DNA of 63,186 nt from a virus. The notes below the pieces were generated by a model that ran no database searches, was not told where the DNA came from, and worked only from the letters and a program-made list of their open reading frames with translations. The translations under genes were made by a program, and so were the position numbers. Location of the stretch: the IMG/VR virus record IMGVR_UViG_3300032144_000010; one strand, written 5' to 3'. This document shows positions 51,085 to 62,000 of this stretch, piece by piece (the stretch's first letter is position 1; each line of letters starts with the position of its first letter).

Positions 51085-51327
51085 TCAGTTCAGGGACGGG
51101 GGAGCCGGGTCTTCCGGCGTTTCGGGGGCAGGCGGCGGAGTACCCTGCACCGGGTTGCGGCGCTTCTCGGCCTCTTGGTTCTGGCGGCCGATCTCGGCGC
51201 TTATCTGCATCATCAGCGGCGCGACCTCTGCGTAAGGGCGGCCCGCGAGGGCGTTCAGGACCGTGCCGAGTGCTTCGGCGGTCATGGGCAGGACGTAGAC
51301 GGCACCCGGTTGCAGGGCTACATTCAT
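51085..51327 (-). CDS. hypothetical protein (80 aa)
   Basis: ORF in operon context. Confidence 0.5.
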   Translation of the reverse strand: MNVALQPGAVYVLPMTAEALGTVLNALAGRPYAEVAPLMMQISAEIGRQNQEAEKRRNPVQGTPPPAPETPEDPAPPSLN

Positions 51328-51494
51328 GGGATCATTCCTTCGGGCAGGGTTGATTTCCGCTCGATCTTAGTCTCCCCGTCCCGCTCCGTCACCACGCAAA
51401 TGAGCAGGCAGAACACCCGGAGGCTCTCCCCGTCCCTCGTGAACGTGGTCGAACAGCCGCTGAGCAGCAGGGTGAGCGCGAGGGCGTATTTCAC
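51324..51494 (-). CDS. small lipoprotein (56 aa, GTG start), directly downstream of the long tail fibre
   Basis: VKYALALTLLLSGC is a signal peptide plus lipobox (LSGC). GTGA overlap with the fibre stop, and AAGGTGA upstream. Confidence 0.55.
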   Translation of the reverse strand: MKYALALTLLLSGCSTTFTRDGESLRVFCLLICVVTERDGETKIERKSTLPEGMIP

Positions 51495-54400
51495 TGTTTC
51501 ACCTTGAAGCACCGCAGCTTCGAGCCGGTCTCCAGTGAGCGTGCGATGGACGCGTTGAAGTTGAGCGAGGTCATGTTCGCGGCGCTCGTCCAATAGAACA
51601 TGAAGTGGACGACGCACAGCCCGCCTGTCCCGCCGCGCGAGTATTGCGCCATGACGCGGGTCAGCCCGTTCACGTCCTTGCGAATCCAGATCGTGCCACT
51701 CGCTTGCTCGTTGGCGTTCAGCACGCCGATGACCGAGTCGTTGCCGTTGCCTGCGGTCACGGTCGTGCCGCCGCCGACTGTCCACTCGTACCAGTAGTTG
51801 GTGTCGGTCGTGTCCCCGTTGAAGCGCAGCCGCAGGTAGGTCTGCGTGGCCGTCGCGTTCAGGAACTCGAACTGGATGAAGTAGGACTCGTCCACTCCAA
51901 GGTCGAGTCCCGACAGACCGAGGTTCGTCGCGGCCGCGCCCAGCGTCGTGCCGCCAACGTAGGTCATCGCCCCCGGCACCGCGCCGCCTGCGAGGCGATA
52001 GAGCGTGTAGGTGGCGGCGGCCGTGCGCCGCGCGCGGAACGCCGCGCTGGTGCCCGCCGTCACGCTCATGTTGCCCTTCGCGGTCCAGCCCGCCGACATG
52101 GTCATCACCGCCGTGCCGGTGCCCGTGTTGACCACGTTGAACTCCCACGACTGGTCTACGCCCAGCGTGGAGAAGTTCGTGTCCATGTTGGTGCCGTTGG
52201 TCAGCGTCAGCGTACCCCCGGTGCCGGAATACTCGACGATGCCGTTACGCAGTTCCGATGCCGTGATGCTAGCGCTCGCGGCGCTTTTCAAAATCTCCGT
52301 CGTCTGCGCTTGCAGCAGCATCGTGGCGAACAAGTTGCCGGTAACATCCAGCGGGTGGACCGGCGGCGTCAGCCCGCCGACGCGAACAGCAGCACCAAAG
52401 GCACTCAACCCCGAGTTCACGCGCAGCGACCACGGGTTCGTGATGGTGACGTTCGTGCCCGCGATGGGCGGGCCAGTGATACCGAGCGTTGCGAGTTCGG
52501 TGTACACGACGCCCGTGTTCGCAGCGGCGATGGTGTGGCCCGCGAGCAAATGCGAGTAACCAACGGCATTCACCGCACTCACCGCGCTCGTAAGGTCGGT
52601 GTACGTCTTGGTGCTGGAACGAAGCCCGACAACGGAGTTGACCCCCAACGCATCGCCGGAGAAGTTGGAGTTGGTCAAGTTGACCGAACCGTTCTCCAAG
52701 ATGTTCAGCGCGTTGGCGCGAAACCCCGCGTTGTCCATCAGGTTGAACGTGATGCGGCACCCGATAACACCCGACCCCGGCACGACTGCTGCTGCGCCGA
52801 CGGAGAACGTCATGGCCCCCGCCAGAATCAGCGTCGCACTGCCGTCCGAAGCGTAGGCCCGGTAGGTAGCCAGCACGTCGCTGGAGACCACACTGTCAGC
52901 AGCACCTGCACCGATGACGCCGATAACCGCAGAGCGTGTCTTCACTGCCGAGAAGACAACACCACTGGCATCCGCGCTGTAGCGCACCGACGAGATCATC
53001 GTCTGTGCATCGGACGTGCCGTGAATCTGGAGCGGGCCAACGGACCCCGCGAGACCGAGGCTCGCGTTGTGCCCGATGATGAGCTTGGAACCGAGCGGAA
53101 GCGAGACACCGTCGCTGACCGTTACGGCCCTCTGTGCCCCGGCGTAAGCCAGCGCAACACCGCCAGCGTGCGCGATAGTAATAGCGTCCTGCCCGCCACC
53201 GCCTGCTGCGTTCCTGACCTCGAAGCGCCACGTCTGCGCTGTCGTGTCCCAGATGATGTTAGCGCGCGCGTTCGTGATCTCGCGGAAGCGCAGGATGGCG
53301 TTGTTGGTGCCAATCACGGGGGCCGAAAGGTGCACCACTGCGCTCGCAGCGGCGGGCGAGATGAACAGGTCGCCCGTCATCGTGTCGCCGGTATCGTTGA
53401 CCTTGCCATCCAGCGCCGTCTGGAGGCCGGTCACTTCGCCGATGATGATGCCCGCCCACGCGGTCGCGTAATCGGTCGCGCTCGTCTTGCGCAGGTACTG
53501 GCCTGTCGTGCCGCCAGTCGGCAACTCGTTCAGCGGGTTGTACACGATGCCGACGTTCAGCGCGTTGTTGTTGCCGAAGTCGCCGCCTGCCGTGAGGAAC
53601 GCGGACACCGGGATCGTGCGGAAGCCGCCCGGCGTGCCGGGGTTGCTGTCCACGACAGCGCCCGTGACGAGGAAGACCTTGGTCGAGGACGCCCCGGTGC
53701 CGTCGAAAATCTGCAAGTAGTCGCCCGGCCCGAGCGTGTCCCAGATAAGCGACAGGTTGTTGCCGGGGTCGCTGGTCTCGTGGACGCGGATCGTCCCCGT
53801 GCTGTTCTGCACGACGTTGTCGAACTTGAGGCGGCCGCTCGCCGGGTCCGTCACGCTGACGTCGCTGGTGAAGCGGTAGTTCATCACCACGCCGCCAGAC
53901 GCGCCGGTCGCGCGGCTCACCCAGTTGCCAGAGTCGTCCAGCACGCGGCCGCTCACGGTCGTCGGCGGCGGCACGAAACCCGCGACCGTCGGAGTGAACA
54001 GCGGATGCTCCGCGATGCCGCCTGCGCCTTTGTGCGCGATGGGAACGTACTTGGCGCTGAGCAGGACGCCCGCTTCCGACAGCGCCGTGGTGGCGTTCCA
54101 TGTGCCCGTCAGCGTGCCGCCTGCGGCGCTGGTCGCGAGCTTGATCGCATTGTCGAAGAACAACTCCACGCGGTCGTTGTAGAACCCGCGCAGGAAGGTC
54201 TCGGCGTTGCTGCCCGCCGAGTCGCGCCCTTGGATCAGCGTGGCACCCGAAGCCGACTGCCACACGAACGACGCGCGAGCGAGTCCGGTTTCGCCGAGGT
54301 TGAACGCCGCGTTCTGCCCCGTGTCGCCATAGCTGTTGATGTTGGCAGCGGAACCAGAACCCAAGCGGTTCACGACGAGGTTGCCCGTCATCGTATCGCC

Positions 54401-55141
54401 CGTGATGTTCACGTAGCGCGCGTCGGCGTCCACCCACGCGCCGTTGGTACGAACGTAGTGGTTCGAGTCCGGTGCGTCAGAGATGCCGCCACCCCCGCCG
54501 CCCGGCTGGTCGTACCAGCCCTTCACGCCGACCGCGTTAGTACCGTAGAGCTTAGAGTTGCCGGGGGTCGCGACGTCGCCGTCCAGCGCGAGCGACATGC
54601 CACTGGAGAGCGCACCGCCGCCGATCACCGACATTGGCGTGGAGATAGTCGTTGCTTCCAACGAGTCCACGTCGCCCTGCGCGAGGATCGCGGCCAACTG
54701 CGCGGCGTCCGCCGTAGTCTGTGCCGCGCTTGCGGCGAGCATTGCGTCGTAAGCATCGAGCAGCGCTTGGTCGGCCTTGCCGTCGATGATCCCCAGCGCA
54801 GCGGCAAGGCCGGTCACGTCCGCGATAGCGTGCGTGTGATCTTCGGGCGGGAACTCGGACGGCACCCCGATGATGTCGCCCCAATTCACCGAACCAGAAG
54901 CCCCACCATTCGACGAACCGCTCCCGTCGTGCTTGGTCGTTTCGAGATGGTAGTCGATGGTCGCTTGCAGGATGCCTTCGAGGTCGGCTACCCGCACCGC
55001 GCTTTCGTTGATGTCGCCGCGCCAGCGCAGCAGCGTCTCGACGGTGCCGATGACGTCTTCGAGCGTGCGGTGCCCGCCGTAGCGCTTGTTCGGGCGCGCG
55101 AGCGCACCGATGATGCGCGAACGGAGCGACAGCGTACTCAC
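51491..55141 (-). CDS. tail fibre protein (1,216 aa from GTG 55141)
   Basis: GTGA overlap with the upstream gene. Fibre-type motifs ISDAPDSNHYVRTNGAWV and NITGDTMTGNLVV / GDTMTGDLFIS, with Gly/Ser/Thr/Ala-rich beta repeats. The upstream 248 aa of the 1,464-aa ORF lie inside the 55138..57192 gene. Confidence 0.8.
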   Translation of the reverse strand: MSTLSLRSRIIGALARPNKRYGGHRTLEDVIGTVETLLRWRGDINESAVRVADLEGILQATIDYHLETTKHDGSGSSNGGASGSVNWGDIIGVPSEFPPEDHTHAIADVTGLAAALGIIDGKADQALLDAYDAMLAASAAQTTADAAQLAAILAQGDVDSLEATTISTPMSVIGGGALSSGMSLALDGDVATPGNSKLYGTNAVGVKGWYDQPGGGGGGISDAPDSNHYVRTNGAWVDADARYVNITGDTMTGNLVVNRLGSGSAANINSYGDTGQNAAFNLGETGLARASFVWQSASGATLIQGRDSAGSNAETFLRGFYNDRVELFFDNAIKLATSAAGGTLTGTWNATTALSEAGVLLSAKYVPIAHKGAGGIAEHPLFTPTVAGFVPPPTTVSGRVLDDSGNWVSRATGASGGVVMNYRFTSDVSVTDPASGRLKFDNVVQNSTGTIRVHETSDPGNNLSLIWDTLGPGDYLQIFDGTGASSTKVFLVTGAVVDSNPGTPGGFRTIPVSAFLTAGGDFGNNNALNVGIVYNPLNELPTGGTTGQYLRKTSATDYATAWAGIIIGEVTGLQTALDGKVNDTGDTMTGDLFISPAAASAVVHLSAPVIGTNNAILRFREITNARANIIWDTTAQTWRFEVRNAAGGGGQDAITIAHAGGVALAYAGAQRAVTVSDGVSLPLGSKLIIGHNASLGLAGSVGPLQIHGTSDAQTMISSVRYSADASGVVFSAVKTRSAVIGVIGAGAADSVVSSDVLATYRAYASDGSATLILAGAMTFSVGAAAVVPGSGVIGCRITFNLMDNAGFRANALNILENGSVNLTNSNFSGDALGVNSVVGLRSSTKTYTDLTSAVSAVNAVGYSHLLAGHTIAAANTGVVYTELATLGITGPPIAGTNVTITNPWSLRVNSGLSAFGAAVRVGGLTPPVHPLDVTGNLFATMLLQAQTTEILKSAASASITASELRNGIVEYSGTGGTLTLTNGTNMDTNFSTLGVDQSWEFNVVNTGTGTAVMTMSAGWTAKGNMSVTAGTSAAFRARRTAAATYTLYRLAGGAVPGAMTYVGGTTLGAAATNLGLSGLDLGVDESYFIQFEFLNATATQTYLRLRFNGDTTDTNYWYEWTVGGGTTVTAGNGNDSVIGVLNANEQASGTIWIRKDVNGLTRVMAQYSRGGTGGLCVVHFMFYWTSAANMTSLNFNASIARSLETGSKLRCFKVKQ

Positions 55142-57192
55142 AGGGACGACAACTCCAGCGGCGTCGAAGCCACCTTGATGTTCTGCACGTCGGCCGTGCC
55201 TTCCAACTCGAACATCCACAGAATCGCCTTGAAGGCGGTCTGCGGGCGGTACTGCTCCATGTCTTCGATCAGCTGCTCGTGGTACGGAACCTCCTCGCGG
55301 TTCGCGTAAATCTTGAAGATCAAGTCCGGCGGCGTATCCGGCACCGTGAGCAGGTACAGCGGCGACTCGTGCCATGGCTGCTTGTGCTGCCCCGCGATCA
55401 TCAGCGTCGGGTTCGGCGTCGTCGCAGGCATCGTGATCGGCACTACATGCACGCCGTTGAACGGAGCCCAGTTGAACGGGTTGAGCGGGAAGCCGATGCG
55501 CTGCTGGTTGAACACGCGCATCTGGTCGCGCACGACAGGATCGTAGATGCCAGTCGCCGTGATGTCCTTGAAGGTGATCTTGTACGCGCCGAAGTTGGTC
55601 GGGTCGGGGACCACGAACTCCTTCGAGCGCCAGATGTACTTCACGGGCGCGCCGCTCTCCGGGTTCCACACTTTCAGCTGGTTGTCCTGCAACAGCCAGA
55701 CGCGACCGGACGCCGGGTCCTCCTGAATGGACGTGTGCCGCCACAGGTCGTCGATCATCCACACGAACGCTTGGTTCTGCTCCTCGAAGTCGATAGCAAA
55801 GCCATGCGTGTCGTCGTAGAACGCCACGTACTGCGAGTCGTACTTCACAGCTTGCAGCGCGTAGGGCTTGCACTGCAAGTTCCATTCGCGCCGCGTGAGA
55901 ACCTTCTTGGTCAGGTTCACGACGTCACCGGTCGGCCCCGCAAGCATCAGCCCGTCGATGCCGGGATAGAACACGCCGTCGTGCGTGGACACGATGCCAC
56001 GACGGCACTGGCACGGATCGGGCGTGTCCGACTTCACCAGCGTCATCGCCTCGGGGCGCACACCGCCTGCGACATAGGGGGCGCCTTCGGTGAGGATCAC
56101 CACCGACTGCCCGACGATGCCGAGCCCGACGATGTTCCAGCGCGTCGAGATGATGAACTCCGTCGGCCACGCGTGCGGACGGTAAGGCACGGACATGTAC
56201 ACGTCGCGACCGACGAACCCAAGCAGAAAGCCGTTCGGGTGCGTGATGAGGCCGATCATTTCTTCCGGCGGCTCGTTCCAGTTCATCGTTTCGAGAATCG
56301 GATTGAGCGCAATTTCCTCCGCCGACTTGGTGTCCACGTACTCGGTCTCGCCGAATTCGATGGTATCGACGAGGTAGTACGAGAGGTTGCCGAACGCCCC
56401 GGTGATCGTGCGATAGATGTTGACCTTCTCGATGTCGCGCTCGGTCTCGTGCGACACCGTGGTGGCGATGTCCGAGAGGTACCAGCTATCCAGCGAGGAG
56501 CCCGTCATGATCTTCGGCGGCGACGGCGCGCCTTCTTCGCCGTAGGCCGACACGAACGTGTAGACGTACACGCGCGTCTCATCGAGCGTGTCTTCGGGCA
56601 CCGGCTCCGGGGCTTCCAGCGCTGCCTCGAAGGTGGCCTCCGAACGCATGACCGTTTCGAGGCTCATGTTCGCAGGGGCGGTGCCGAACGCCGACAGGTC
56701 GCCACGCATCGTGGCAGTCACGGCGAGACGCACTTCAAACGACGCACCAGTCGTAGGCGCGTCCGGGTCCTTCACCACGATGTTCAGTTCGGTCTCGGGT
56801 GCGGGAATGCCAAGACGCAGGCCGGTCGGAACATCGTTGGCGAGGAAAGCCGCCGACAGCATAGCCTCCGTCGCGTAGCGCGGGACGTCGTCTTCGCTCG
56901 TCCAGTAGTGCCGGTTGAATCCATCGTTGTCGATGGGGGCCTTCACGAAGTCGATGGACTCCTCGTCGAACGCGGCATAGAAGCCACCGGTCTGCGTCTG
57001 CACGCGGTACGCACGCTGGATGACCTCGCTCCACGCCGTGAACGACGCAACCGGCGCAGGGGCCTTCAGCGACTGCAACTCGCCCGAGAGCAAGCGACAG
57101 TTCTGCGCGAAGCTCGCCGCGTTGGGCGGGATCAGTTCCTGCCCGTAGCGCGGCAGCATGCCGCCGAATTTCTCGATGACGAGGCCGGTCAT
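55138..57192 (-). CDS. large tail structural protein (684 aa; tail hub/tubular-B-like by position)
   Basis: ORF between two fibre-like genes, with no recognised motif. Confidence 0.55.
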   Translation of the reverse strand: MTGLVIEKFGGMLPRYGQELIPPNAASFAQNCRLLSGELQSLKAPAPVASFTAWSEVIQRAYRVQTQTGGFYAAFDEESIDFVKAPIDNDGFNRHYWTSEDDVPRYATEAMLSAAFLANDVPTGLRLGIPAPETELNIVVKDPDAPTTGASFEVRLAVTATMRGDLSAFGTAPANMSLETVMRSEATFEAALEAPEPVPEDTLDETRVYVYTFVSAYGEEGAPSPPKIMTGSSLDSWYLSDIATTVSHETERDIEKVNIYRTITGAFGNLSYYLVDTIEFGETEYVDTKSAEEIALNPILETMNWNEPPEEMIGLITHPNGFLLGFVGRDVYMSVPYRPHAWPTEFIISTRWNIVGLGIVGQSVVILTEGAPYVAGGVRPEAMTLVKSDTPDPCQCRRGIVSTHDGVFYPGIDGLMLAGPTGDVVNLTKKVLTRREWNLQCKPYALQAVKYDSQYVAFYDDTHGFAIDFEEQNQAFVWMIDDLWRHTSIQEDPASGRVWLLQDNQLKVWNPESGAPVKYIWRSKEFVVPDPTNFGAYKITFKDITATGIYDPVVRDQMRVFNQQRIGFPLNPFNWAPFNGVHVVPITMPATTPNPTLMIAGQHKQPWHESPLYLLTVPDTPPDLIFKIYANREEVPYHEQLIEDMEQYRPQTAFKAILWMFELEGTADVQNIKVASTPLELSSL

Positions 57193-57196
57193 GGCG

Positions 57197-58687
57197 TCAC
57201 CCCGTTTCTACGACGTGGAACGAGAAGGCCCGCGCAACCGGATCGGTCTGCGACCCAGCCGTGAACGTGCGCACGGTGATGGTCTTCGGCCCGGCAAAGC
57301 TCCAGCAGAAGTCCGCAACCTGCGTGTTACCAGTACCAACAGCCGTTGCCGTCAGTACCGGATTCGTCGCGTTGTTCGCGAGCGTGATCGTGTAAACGCC
57401 GGCACCGCCGGACACCGTGCAACCGAACAGCGGCCCGCTCGCGGCACCGCCCGCCGACACGTTCCCGGCAGCGACGATGCCGCCCGTAGGCGTAAGCCCC
57501 GCGAGCGCATCTTCCAGAAACGCCAGCGGCACGAGGTCGCCCGGCGCAGCCGGCACGAGGTTGCTGACACGCACCAAGCCCGTAGACAGGACGTAGGTGT
57601 CGTGCACCGTGCCGTCGCTCTCGAAGGTGCGGAACTGCATGTCCGCCGCGACGAGTCCGGGCAGCGTGGGCTGGATGATGAGGCGCGGCGAGCCTGCGGG
57701 CGCGGACGCGCTCAGCGTCCACCAGCTGGTCGCGGCTGCGTTCTGCTTGACGCGGAACGGCGATTCGACCTGAACCGCAGCGCCGAGCAGGCGCGTGAGC
57801 GCTGCGCCAGATGCGCCGAGCAGCACTTCGTTGACCGTGTTGACCTTGGCGAGGTTGTAGATCGTCGTGCCGTTGCTGTGCCGCCCTTGCAGCGCCTTGT
57901 CGTTGTCGAGGATGAGGTCGCTCGTCAGGTGCGCGAAGCTGATGACGGGCACCCACGCGGTGCCGTTCCACAGCTTCAGCGTATTGCGCGTGAAGGTCTC
58001 CGCGCCGACTTCTTCAGTCGTCTGGTACCAGAGGGTCCTGACGGTCTTCTGGTATTCCTCCGGCTCCGCGCTGCCGTAGTAGATGCCGGGAACAAGTTCC
58101 CAGCGCTCCAGCGCATCAGCCGCGTCCACTGCGCCGACGATCAGCTTCTTGGTCTTGGCGTTGAAGTAGAACTCGCCGATCAGCATGTTCGGCGCGAGCG
58201 GTCCAGCCGTGTTCGGGTCGAACGTGTGGCGCGTGATGATGCGCACGGACTCCGCCGGTTCCGGCGTCAGCCCCGGCGCGCCGAAGATGCCCCCGTGGAT
58301 CGTGTCGCCGTCGCGTTGCAAGAAGCTGTTGAACAGCCCCGCCGTCGGACGGCACTCGAAGCGGCTGCCCGCCGGGAACGCCTTCATTCCCCCGACAGCA
58401 GCCGGAGCATCCAGATGTCCCGCTGGAAACGCGCCGTTGCCGCGTGCGACCGTCACCGTGCCGCTGACTACGTTGACGGAGTTCAGCTTGCAAATCTCGA
58501 CCTCGCCGTCCACGTTCTCCAGCGTGCAGTAGGCGTAGTCCGCAGCGATGGTATCCACGTCGGGGAATAGCGCCAGCTGCCCCTGCGAATTGTCCACCGC
58601 GAACGTGAGCGTGACGGGACCTGCACCTGCTTCCGCGTCAATGTCGTTGAGCGTGAGCGTGGAGGCGTTGTTGGAAATCTTGCGCAT
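57197..58687 (-). CDS. second tail fibre/spike-like protein (496 aa)
   Basis: Internal ATG at 58687, 1 nt from the upstream stop. Gly/Ala/Thr-rich beta-type composition. Confidence 0.6.
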   Translation of the reverse strand: MRKISNNASTLTLNDIDAEAGAGPVTLTFAVDNSQGQLALFPDVDTIAADYAYCTLENVDGEVEICKLNSVNVVSGTVTVARGNGAFPAGHLDAPAAVGGMKAFPAGSRFECRPTAGLFNSFLQRDGDTIHGGIFGAPGLTPEPAESVRIITRHTFDPNTAGPLAPNMLIGEFYFNAKTKKLIVGAVDAADALERWELVPGIYYGSAEPEEYQKTVRTLWYQTTEEVGAETFTRNTLKLWNGTAWVPVISFAHLTSDLILDNDKALQGRHSNGTTIYNLAKVNTVNEVLLGASGAALTRLLGAAVQVESPFRVKQNAAATSWWTLSASAPAGSPRLIIQPTLPGLVAADMQFRTFESDGTVHDTYVLSTGLVRVSNLVPAAPGDLVPLAFLEDALAGLTPTGGIVAAGNVSAGGAASGPLFGCTVSGGAGVYTITLANNATNPVLTATAVGTGNTQVADFCWSFAGPKTITVRTFTAGSQTDPVARAFSFHVVETG

Positions 58688-58688
58688 G

Positions 58689-59003
58689 TCAGCAGCCTCC
58701 GTTGTCGATGTCGAACACGATGCAGTCGTCCGACTCCTGCTCCAGCGAGCTTTTCGCGTGAGCATGCACCGTGTAGCTCGTGCCGTCGATACCGCCGCCG
58801 CCGAGGAAGCGGGCCTTGCGGTTGGCTGTGTCGATCTGCGTGTCCGTGATGGTGTAAGTCGGGGAGACTTCGTCCGCAGCGCCTTGCTCCGCCGTCACCG
58901 TGCAGACGAACGAAATCGGAATCTCGCCGTCCTGCATCCACGGGAAGTTGATCGCGTACCAGCGGCGCGCGCCTGCGGGAACTGTCAGTCGGCCGATGAC
59001 CAT
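58689..59003 (-). CDS. small tail-module protein (104 aa)
   Basis: ORF in operon context. Confidence 0.5.
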   Translation of the reverse strand: MVIGRLTVPAGARRWYAINFPWMQDGEIPISFVCTVTAEQGAADEVSPTYTITDTQIDTANRKARFLGGGGIDGTSYTVHAHAKSSLEQESDDCIVFDIDNGGC

Positions 59004-59018
59004 GTCTGCATGCCCCCG

Positions 59019-62000
59019 TTATGCGTACTGCCCCGGTGCTGCGACCGGGGGCGTGAAGTTGGACGTCCACAATGCCTTACGAATGAAGCGCACGCCATCC
59101 AGCTGCTTGACCCCATTGCTGAAGCCGACCGCTTGGCTCGGGGCGTAGCCACCCATGACCAGTATCTTGTTGGGCGGGTTCTGGAAGACCTTGCCAGTCA
59201 GGTCGTACATCCCCGTCGGCGTGACTGGGCCACCAAGCGTGCCGTTCTTGAACAGGTACAAGGTATTCAGCCTGCGCACCACGGCGTAGTGGTCGAACAC
59301 GTTGACCGTGCCGCCACTGGGGTGCGACCAGCCAGCCAAGAACGCGACGCCGCCCCCGGTGAAGAACGGCACTACCAGAATCTGCCCTCCGTTCCCGGTG
59401 TTGTGCGACACCGACAGCATGACGTTGGAGCCGTCGTCTGCACCGACGAAGTTACGGCCGAGGTAGAAGATGTGCCCGCCGTTCAGTATCTGCGCGCCCC
59501 ACCAGTCAAGCGTGAAGTCGCCGCCGTCCGCGAGATTGAAGCGCGCATCGATTGCCGGGAAGTACGAAGCCCCGTTGATCCGCGCGCCGGGGCCGAACTT
59601 GAACTGCGGCGACGTGGTCGTGATGAACGGCCCGCTGCACCCCGGCGTGAGCGTGCCCGCCTGCGCGTATATCGAATCGTCGATGAGATGGTCAACGTTG
59701 GCGTTTTGCAGGAAAGCCACGGGCGTCTGTTCGTCAATCAGCGTTGGCGGCGGCATCGAGCCGACGATGTTCAATGTCATGGCAAGGGGCGTGTACGAAT
59801 CCTTCAGCAAAGGAGGCGTCCACGTCACGGTGCTGTTCAGCGCCACAGCGAGGGGCACCGTCGTGTCTACCAGAGCGAGGGGCAACTTGCTATACCACGG
59901 TGCCGTCGGCATCGGGAGCGTCGGAAGGTTCGGATAGCGCGCCACGCCCGTCACGCGCCAGTCATCCATGTAGGAAGACCCAGCGCCGTTGACGGCCCCC
60001 CAGAGGAGGCGAAGCTCTTGGGGCGTGATGACGTTCCAGTTGTTCACTGCATTGTAGACGCGCGTGCCGTTGCACCACAGCGACATCACGCCGTTTTGGC
60101 GCTGCCACACCCACCACATCCACATTCCGTCCGCTGTCGGGAATTCACTCGATACATCGAACGCGAACGGCGTCGAGTTGAAGAACCTGAAATAAGCCGA
60201 CGTCGGCGACGCCCCCTCAAACCAGAGCCGCAGACCCATGTGCGCGCCGTCAGAGGTCTGCGCGCCGCGAAACACTTCGCCGGAGGACGCCATGAACGAC
60301 ACGCTGCTCCAGCGGTTCCAGCCTTCGTAGCAGAAGTCCCCCACGCCATGCCCGAAATCGCTGGGATTCCCAGTAAGGGCTACCATGCCATTCAGCAGGT
60401 TGGCGCGTTCCCACGCCTGATCCCACTGCGCTATCGCCGACTGTATCTTCTGCCCAGCGGCAGGGAACGCCGCCGTGTGCCGCCCGGTCAGGTCGATCAG
60501 TGCCGTCGAATTCTCTGGGCCGTCGAACTTGACCAACGACAGCACGCGCGGCCACAACGGATCGCCAAGCGGAGGGAGCGTCACCGCCGCGTCCATTGTC
60601 ACAGCAATGGGCGTAACTATCTCAGGCAAGTCGAACTGCACACTTGCTTCGACTTCCATGTACACGCCCAGCACCGTGAAGCCGCCAGTTGCGATGCGCA
60701 GGCTGACCGGCGCAGCGCACGGCATCTTGCTGACGAACTCCGGCTGCTCCCACGAATCGAAGTTCGTCGGCCACGCGGGCGACTCCAGCGGCGGGCAGCC
60801 GATCAGCGGCGATGCGAACTCCGTGCACCAGCAGGTCGAGTCCAGCGTGGCGCAGGAGGCTTCCGGTTCCACCGCCTGCACGAGCGCGACGCCGAAGAAG
60901 TCATCGTCGATGGGATCGACCTTGATCTCGTAGTTGCCTGCGTAGCTGTTGTAGAGGTCGAGCAAGTCCGCGTCGGTCAGCGAATTGCCCGCCTTCCAGA
61001 ACATCACTTCATCGACGCGCGTGCGCCTGCTGTAGATCGCGGCGGGCGAGGGCCACCCTCCGAGCAGCGACAGGTTGACGTTGAGACTCCCCGCGTAGGT
61101 GTGGACGACTCCGTCGCGCTGCCCGTTCAGTACGCCCTGAAAGTGGTGCACGCCACCAGTCTTCCAGTGGAACCAGCCTGCCATCGTCGGAGTATCCACT
61201 TCGACGTCGAGGGTGTAGTCGAAGGGCGGGCTGTTCGCCGGATCGTCGGGGCAGTCCACATACAGCGGCCCTTGAACGTGGCGCACGAGCGTGACGCGGT
61301 TGCCGCTCTCCGATGAAAGCATCGGGAAGTCTTCGTTGATGTCGTTGTACGTCATCCACATGCAGATGAACGCGGCACCATCAGGCTGCGTCGCACCGGC
61401 CATGTTGCAACCGTTCTTCGTCGCGTGGTTCACCCCCACAGTGGAGACAACCGCCGGGATAGGAAGATCGACGACGTGCAGATGCGTCCGTCCGTTCTGA
61501 CCGAAGCCAGAGCTTCCCGTCTTTCCCCACACGAAGAAGCCGATGGCCCGCAGGTTGCCATCGGCATCGTGTTCCGCAATCGCGGACACAAGCATCATTA
61601 TCGTAACGGTCGCACCGGGAAACATGGCCGCCTTCGTCGGGAACGTACTGATCTCCACGGTGTTGCCGCTCTCGTCGAGGCGCAGCACTTTCAACGTCAT
61701 GAAGTCCGGCTGGGTCTCGAAACCCTCCTGCACGACGAGGTACACGTAACCGTCATCAGTCTGCGGAGTGACGTAGTGGATGAACGAGTTCGGATTGGTG
61801 TACGGAATCGCGAGGCTGGTCCACGCCCCAGCTGCCGAGTCCTTGTAGGCAACGTGCATGCGGTCCTGCACCGGAGCCGTAGATGCCATGCCCCACGCGT
61901 AGAGCCGCCCGCCGTCGCGCGTGCGCCGCACTGCAACTGGCCCCACTGGCGTCTTGGCAACCGGCGGTGCGCCGTTCCACACGCCGTCGATGGCCGGATC

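Noticed and set aside
51491-55885. Full 1,464-aa version of the tail-fibre ORF
   Set aside because: The first ~248 codons lie inside the 55138..57192 gene and have Arg/Ala-rich shadow-like composition. GTG at 55141 gives a GTGA coupling like many other junctions here.
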